A stretch of 41,773 nt of DNA from Streblomastix strix. Its lineage: Eukaryota. The DNA is taken from contig SNRW01000018.1 of NCBI GenBank assembly GCA_008636045.1, forward strand, positions 1 to 41,773, written 5' to 3'. The notes beneath the pieces are model-generated. The model made no database searches. It saw only the letters and a list, made by a program, of their open reading frames with translations, and was not told where the DNA came from. Shown here one piece after another: positions 35,829-41,773 of the stretch. Each line of letters starts with the position of its first letter. Within the stretch, counting starts at the first letter, position 1. The translations under genes and the position numbers were made by a program.

Positions 35829-38800
35829 TCAATCAATTAAGTAATGATCTGCATTAATGCCATACATAAACGGTGCACAACATCCATTGGCTAATACAAC
35901 CATTTTATTATGAATACCTGTAAGCGCTGACTTTTCTATACATATCATAGACATTATTCCTATTTTCATCTATAAATTGCTAGTTGTCACATTGATGTTA
36001 TATCCTTCATTCAAACATTTAATATAATCATTAGTTGTTAAATTAGCCTTCTTCTCACTTACTCCCTTCATCCGATTCACTAATGAAACTATGTCATCAC
36101 TTTATTCATTTCCGTTGTATAAACTATAACATTTAGGTGCTTGACAAACGATATTTTCCCCTTATGATTCAGTAGTGAGACTCATTAGTTTCTTCTCTTC
36201 AGCAACAGTACAATTGTCCCATGGAAGCCACTCTTTATAATGTAGGTCATAGAACACCTAATCTTTGATTACATACTTCAATCCTTATTTATAACCTTCA
36301 ATTTATGATCCCGCAATAGATAAATACATTGAATCAGTATCCATATTACAGAAGTGAACCCTATCTACATCAATACATTTATAAAGGAAGTTGTATACAA
36401 AATTTAGATACCAAAACTTGCAATTGTCTAATGTAAATACCGCTTCTTGTAAAGGCTTATTACACTTAAATTATCCAGGTGACTCACTAACAATATATTA
36501 TGCCTCTTCACTAAGGCTCCCATCAGAATTGTATATATCATCACTCAATTTCCTTGTTGCCTTATGACACTAATTTAGTTATTTAATTGATGCATGTCGA
36601 GCATTGTTAAATGATATCTTATCAAACTTAGCATTATTTTATCTCTCTCTTCCAAAAGCACTATTTAGAATTCGCTTATAGTATAACGATTTTGTATCAT
36701 TATATTGGCTAATTGCATCTTATATTTTATTCATCATTGTACAGACAAATGATTCAAAACCTAGATGTTTATCGAATAGAGCAATTGAATCAATGTTATC
36801 AATAATTAAATTACAATAGTCAATCAAAAACCAAAAAAAAATAGCTAGTGAAACACATGAATTGATTATGTGTTGATAGCAATGATGTTAGTTTCGTAGT
36901 CGATTTGTCAACAGTTAATCCTTATGATTTCATCTTATTGTACATAAATTCTCCAATCTATTCAACTGAATTATTATTCGTTAATTTCCTCCATATCGGT
37001 GCTAAGTTTATGTGTGAATTAATATGTTTTTCATCAATATGTCCCTTAATACGAACACAGAATAGCTACCCCTTGTCAGTGTATCGACCGGAGCTAATAA
37101 TTACATCCCGAGCTTTCTATTTTAAATTATTAGATGTACGTTTGAAGTAATTAGTCAATCCGCCATCCCAATATATTCAATTATTAGTGTAAGGGTTATT
37201 TTTGTTGAAGATATCACTAAATACACTTGGATAGAGAGAGTTGAAATCAAAGTCAAGAATATGAGTAATTATATGTTAGGTATCGTATGATGTTATTGTT
37301 TTAGTAACATAATTATATCTAAGTTTGTCAATAGGTGTGACACCTTTCAAATTACATTAATGATATACATTAGATAGTCCACCCTACATACATTCCTTTA
37401 ACATATTATATACTGACTCATTATTAATGGTCATAGGCAGATGTTCATGGATAGCATATTTCATTAATTGGATCTTTAATTTACTAATATCATTATCTTT
37501 ATCAGCCTTAACTGTGTTACATATTTAACAAGCTAGTTAACAATTCTATTTTGCATGGCTAATTGAATTATCAATTCTATCTAATGTAGGCTTGTTTTCT
37601 TTAGTAAATTTGTTATGACATAGATGGCATGTTTCATTAGTTACTTTATCTCAAATTCATTCAAAATCATCCTCAGTAACATTATTGGTTGTATCCCTCT
37701 TAGCAAACTTATCTTGATTAATATATCCTTTGACTTTGTCATTCCACCAGTATTAAGTAACTTCGAATTATTCAAATCCATTAACTATGTTATAACTCGC
37801 ATTGATATCGAATTTTTCATAACAATACTTGTATTTAATTTAACAAGCAATTTGAGCTAATGACATACATCCTAACATATCAACTTTCTCTTCCCATGTA
37901 ATTTGAATAAGATGATTGATTAAGTTAATCATACAAGTAACATCTCTGATATTATAGTATTTTAGATACTCCCATCTATTTTCAAAATTGATTGAATCAT
38001 TACAATACTATTCATAATCTTCGTCACTAATATTCTTATTATTAAGTTTGTCATAGAAATCATCTTTAGTAAATAGAGTTGTTAGTCCTAGGACTAATTT
38101 ATAGTTATCATAATTGAATGAACAGTGTGGGAATATACGCTTTTTTAATTTTATACCTTTAGTTTCAAATTTCTCAACGAATTACTTTAATGTGTTGTTT
38201 GGTGGGATAAATGATAATATATCGATAAATTTCAAGTCAAAATCATAATCCTAAAGTGATACTACTGTCTATTTAGCTTATGTTGTTGATCCTATGTATT
38301 AAATTTTAGTCTTATTTTTAATTAAGTGTTTGAGTAACAAATTCATATCAAATTTCTTAGAATTGAATCCTATAACTGATACTTGCGGTTTATATGGAAT
38401 ATAATGCTTATCATCAATTGTTATATCAGGTATGTTTGATTGATTAGCTTCGTTTACCTTAACAGCAACTTCAAACAATTAACTTATCCATTATTCAATA
38501 AAGTCAGTTCCATTTCGTAAATCAAAATATAACGTAGTGATTTAATCATTTATTGTTGCTGCTGATGCAACAGATAATGGTTCTAATTAAGCAATTATAT
38601 TGTCTTCATTAATTATGTTCTCTACTATTTCAAAATCAAATGTAATGTAGTTAAGTGTTGGCATTAATAAATCTGATTAGCCTGTTGCCACTAATTTCTA
38701 TAGTAACTTATTATTTGATATATGTGGATAATATGGCTTTGGTAAATGATCTAATTTAACTTATTTAGAAGTCTATGGACCTTAACAATACTTAAAATGT

Positions 38801-40938
38801 CGAGCAAGATCTCTCTTATAATTCTAATTCTTTATATTAAATATCATCTAACAGTTAAGAGGACAGAGCTTTCCATTAATAACTTTATCAATATCACTAA
38901 TAAACATTACATGAATTTCATCAACAAATGACAATGGAACTAATAGAACATTAACAGTTAAATAGTCCTTGTCAACAATATGTTCATCAAATTTGTTAAA
39001 TTATTCGACATCGCTAGGATTGATTTTATGTTTCATCTCATCACATGTGTATGTAATTACATTTAGTTTGAACATTTGTTGATACTTTTCCAAATCAGTT
39101 ACATAATTGAATCCATTATATTATTCGAGTAGCTATTTATTAGCTTTATTTAATCTCTAGCATGGATTAATGTCATGATATTAGAGGAATAATTTAATAG
39201 CATCACTTATCCTACTACAAGTACTATCAATTTCAGGATATAATGCAAATGATGCAACGATAAACCAACAAATCTTGTAATCACATTCTACATTTTTAGT
39301 GATGCATTCTTTATTAAAGTGTTAACATATTTTATCCATTTTAGTACCTAATGGTAATCTATAAACAACAATCAAAAATGAGTATAGTGCTACCTTTAAT
39401 GTTGTTGAATCTTCATCAGTTGTGTCTTAATAATCTGATAGTAAGTCAACAGCTTTCTATTTGAAATAGTCATTAGTTTGTTTATCTCGAACTACTGTGT
39501 TAGGTAAAGTCTTGTAACTGTTATCAGCACTAGGTCCTGTGTGAGAGTAATGATATTCATCTAATGTTTGTTAATGCTTATAGACTTATTTCTTTTTCTA
39601 CTAGATAGATCCAAAATCAATATATACTTTATAGGGTTTAGCTTTCTCTAACTCGTATACTTAATCAATTTTATCTTTCAATTACTATAAGTCATAGAAA
39701 TGATTGTAATAGTATTAGATACATGGTTCTTTATTGAATATATCTTTTGACTTCATTAATTCATCCGATAGTCCTTCAATATTAACTTCATTCTTTCCTT
39801 AGAATTTCTATCGTGCTTGAGTTAATGCAGCATAATAAGCTGATAAATTCTATGGTGTGAAGATAACAAATGTTTTCTAATTAAGTTCTCTATTTTTATT
39901 TAATTATTGTGTTTTTGTTATATTTGGTTCATTAAAGTGATCATTATGTAATCCATAATACTCATCATTAAGCTTTTTAACTCTTCTATTGAATTCTTTA
40001 GCACCTAATTTTACTTCTAAATAGTTGAGTAGCCTAAATGGTTTTTCATCCTATCGCTTATATCTTTAATTGATGATTACCTATTCTAATTATTCATAGA
40101 GTTTATGCCTTCGCCATTTTCCTTAAATCACTTTAGCGGCATCAATTGATTATTTCTTTAGTTATTATGCTAAGTGCCTTCGATAATGCTTTTGGATTAG
40201 TATAGCTGCTTTATTCTATTTCTTTATTCTATCCTTCAATTCTTGTATCTCTTATTGATGTAACTATTCTTATAGATCTAATTCTTATTAATGTTTCAAA
40301 TATTGTTCAGCTAATAATTACTTATAATTATCATTAATTTCAGTTGGTTAGTCTTTAGGCTATTCAATTTCATCATTCAAATCAAATTCTTCTCTTAATA
40401 TATCATTTATTGTTTATAGTGACTCTTACAACTAATGTATCTAATTAGTGATTTATTACTAAGCTTGTAGCAATTATTACATACGTTATCTTCCACCGCT
40501 TTCTTCAAATTTTTATTTGTAATTAGCTCTGTATTTATCAGGATTGAATAGACAATCATCATCAGTATTATCAGATTAATCCAATTCATTTATGATTTCA
40601 TCAATATTTTTGACTAATTGTGGTTATTGTTAATCATTATTCAACTATTATTACTATTTATCAACTGTTTCTATTAATGGTTGTAATTAAGGTTACTGTT
40701 ATTGTTAATCATTATTCAACTATTATTACTGTTATTCGTTTCTTGTAGCAACAATTTGATTTACAAAAGCTACAATTTCAGTTGTAACAGTTATGTAACC
40801 TTAGTAATTCAAACGATTCAATTCACTAGTTAACATATTTCTTAATTCAACTGATGTATAATTAGGTAAATATTGAACTTATAATTGGTCTAGTAAATTT
40901 TAAATCTATTATTTATTCATTCTGTTTTTCTCTGCCAT
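35829..40938 (-). pseudogene. Protein-primed family B DNA polymerase (~1700 codons) with N-terminal IQ motifs, OTU-like domain, Zn finger and HNH-like insert; lightly disrupted
   Basis: ExoI FDFE (38640-38629), ExoII GFNSKKFD, ExoIII YNIRDV, motif A DFNSLYPS (~37240), motif B KRILNSAFGR, motif C MDTDSMY (36344), APKCY, MKGV. TGAs at 37659, 37653 and 37179, and a +1 frameshift in the A9 run at 36833-36841. No introns. Confidence 0.93.
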
Positions 40939-41016
40939 TTTATGAAAAGGTAAAAAAACCGATTTAATTTCTTTTGCTAGATTTTGACACAATTTGATAT
41001 TTTTATTTTTTAATAA

Positions 41017-41364
41017 ATGACATAGGAATTAAAGTCGTTATTAATATAAATACCATCAATCAAATCAGTTAAAGAATTACGTTAATTTTTAAAAAAGAAC
41101 TATGAATTATTATTTACAGTAAGAGCGTTCACATTGAATAAATATAATACAATACCAGAATTTAAATTTTTACATAAAAATAATCAAATAAATGTTTATC
41201 ATATTTCATAACATAGATTATACCGTTGTAAACAATATGAATTATCACCATAAGCGATCAATTAGTTAAGTGATTAGTCAGAAAGCATTAATGAAAATTC
41301 TGATAGTAACTCCGTTGGTGTTATAAATGCTAATGCTTCGCAATCTGATTCGTCGATTAGTTGA
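41017..41364 (+). CDS. Small (115 aa) hypothetical protein divergent from pPolB inside the TIR element
   Basis: ATG 41017 to TGA 41362-41364, unbroken with TAA/TAG=Q: MTQELKSLLIQIPSIKSVKELRQFLKKNYELLFTVRAFTLNKYNTIPEFKFLHKNNQINVY... with a Ser-rich tail. 78-bp spacer to the pPolB ATG. Confidence 0.6.
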
Positions 41365-41773
41365 TTATATATTATTTTTATCTTTAATATTTTTAATTAT
41401 TGATACATAAAGTATAACCCATATTTGAAATTATTTGAAAAATTTTAGTAATTTATTTCATAATATTTTAACACACAACCCCACATCACTATGCTAATTA
41501 CTATACATATTAGTGATGTATGTAGTGATATAGACTATACATATAAGTAATTGATATAATTAGTCTATTAGTCAGTGCAGAAATTAGTAGTTAAAATTGC
41601 TAAATTTTTTCATAAATTTTGAATGTATGACCTTTATTTTTCAAATCATTTTGAATATTTTTGAATAATTTTTAAATATTAATCCATATCATTCGTGTTT
41701 CACATTAATGGATTGGGTTCGTTTTGTCATAGGATTTATTGGCATAAATACCGTGCAAAAAATTACTTCATGT

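Larger units (their letters stand above)
35724..41773 (-). mobile_element. ~6-kb TIR-bounded pPolB element (Polinton-like or linear-plasmid-like) with no integrase or capsid gene
   Basis: acatgaagtaattttttatcacggtatttatgccaacaaatcctatgacaaaacgaacccaatccattaatatgatacac (35724-35800) is the near-perfect reverse complement of 41696-41773. It encloses pPolB and one small ORF. The right TIR runs to the window end. Confidence 0.88.

Noticed and set aside
1103..40589. Most ORFs in the supplied six-frame track
   Set aside because: They were computed with TAA/TAG as stops, so they are fragments of longer genes, off-frame reads or antisense shadows (e.g. 6643-7017, 17928-18398, 34635-34937, 37624-37860).

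Overview
AT-rich, intron-containing eukaryotic DNA with a non-standard code. TAA and TAG read as Gln and TGA is the only stop, so the supplied ORF track is mostly fragments or antisense artefacts. The code, the short AT-rich introns and the GTTTG(T/A) donors fit an oxymonad such as Streblomastix (inference). From 0 to 9.4 kb a decayed multi-exon gene carries three insertions: an SF3/D5-like helicase fragment ending in a ~570-bp GGAAC-rich palindrome, a full-length but decayed DIRS-1-type retrotransposon (ITRs, ICR, gag, RT-RNaseH-methyltransferase, tyrosine recombinase) and a TA-flanked MITE. From 9.9 to 30.3 kb are host genes: a ~2660-codon Raptor/KOG1 with one in-frame TGA, an RRM plus helical-repeat protein, an EVH1/WH1 protein, a 20-exon SHIPPO-like repeat protein and a Prp43-like OB-fold ORF. 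At 30.7-32.9 kb an inverted duplication carries tRNA-Ile(GAT) and tRNA-Ile(AAT). At 34-35.5 kb are OTU and pogo-DDE remnants. From 35.7 kb to the end is the most striking item: a ~6-kb TIR-bounded element encoding only a protein-primed family B DNA polymerase (IQ motifs, OTU-like domain, Zn finger, exonuclease, HNH-like insert) and one small divergent ORF, with no integrase or capsid gene. All translations were done by eye and no database searches were run.
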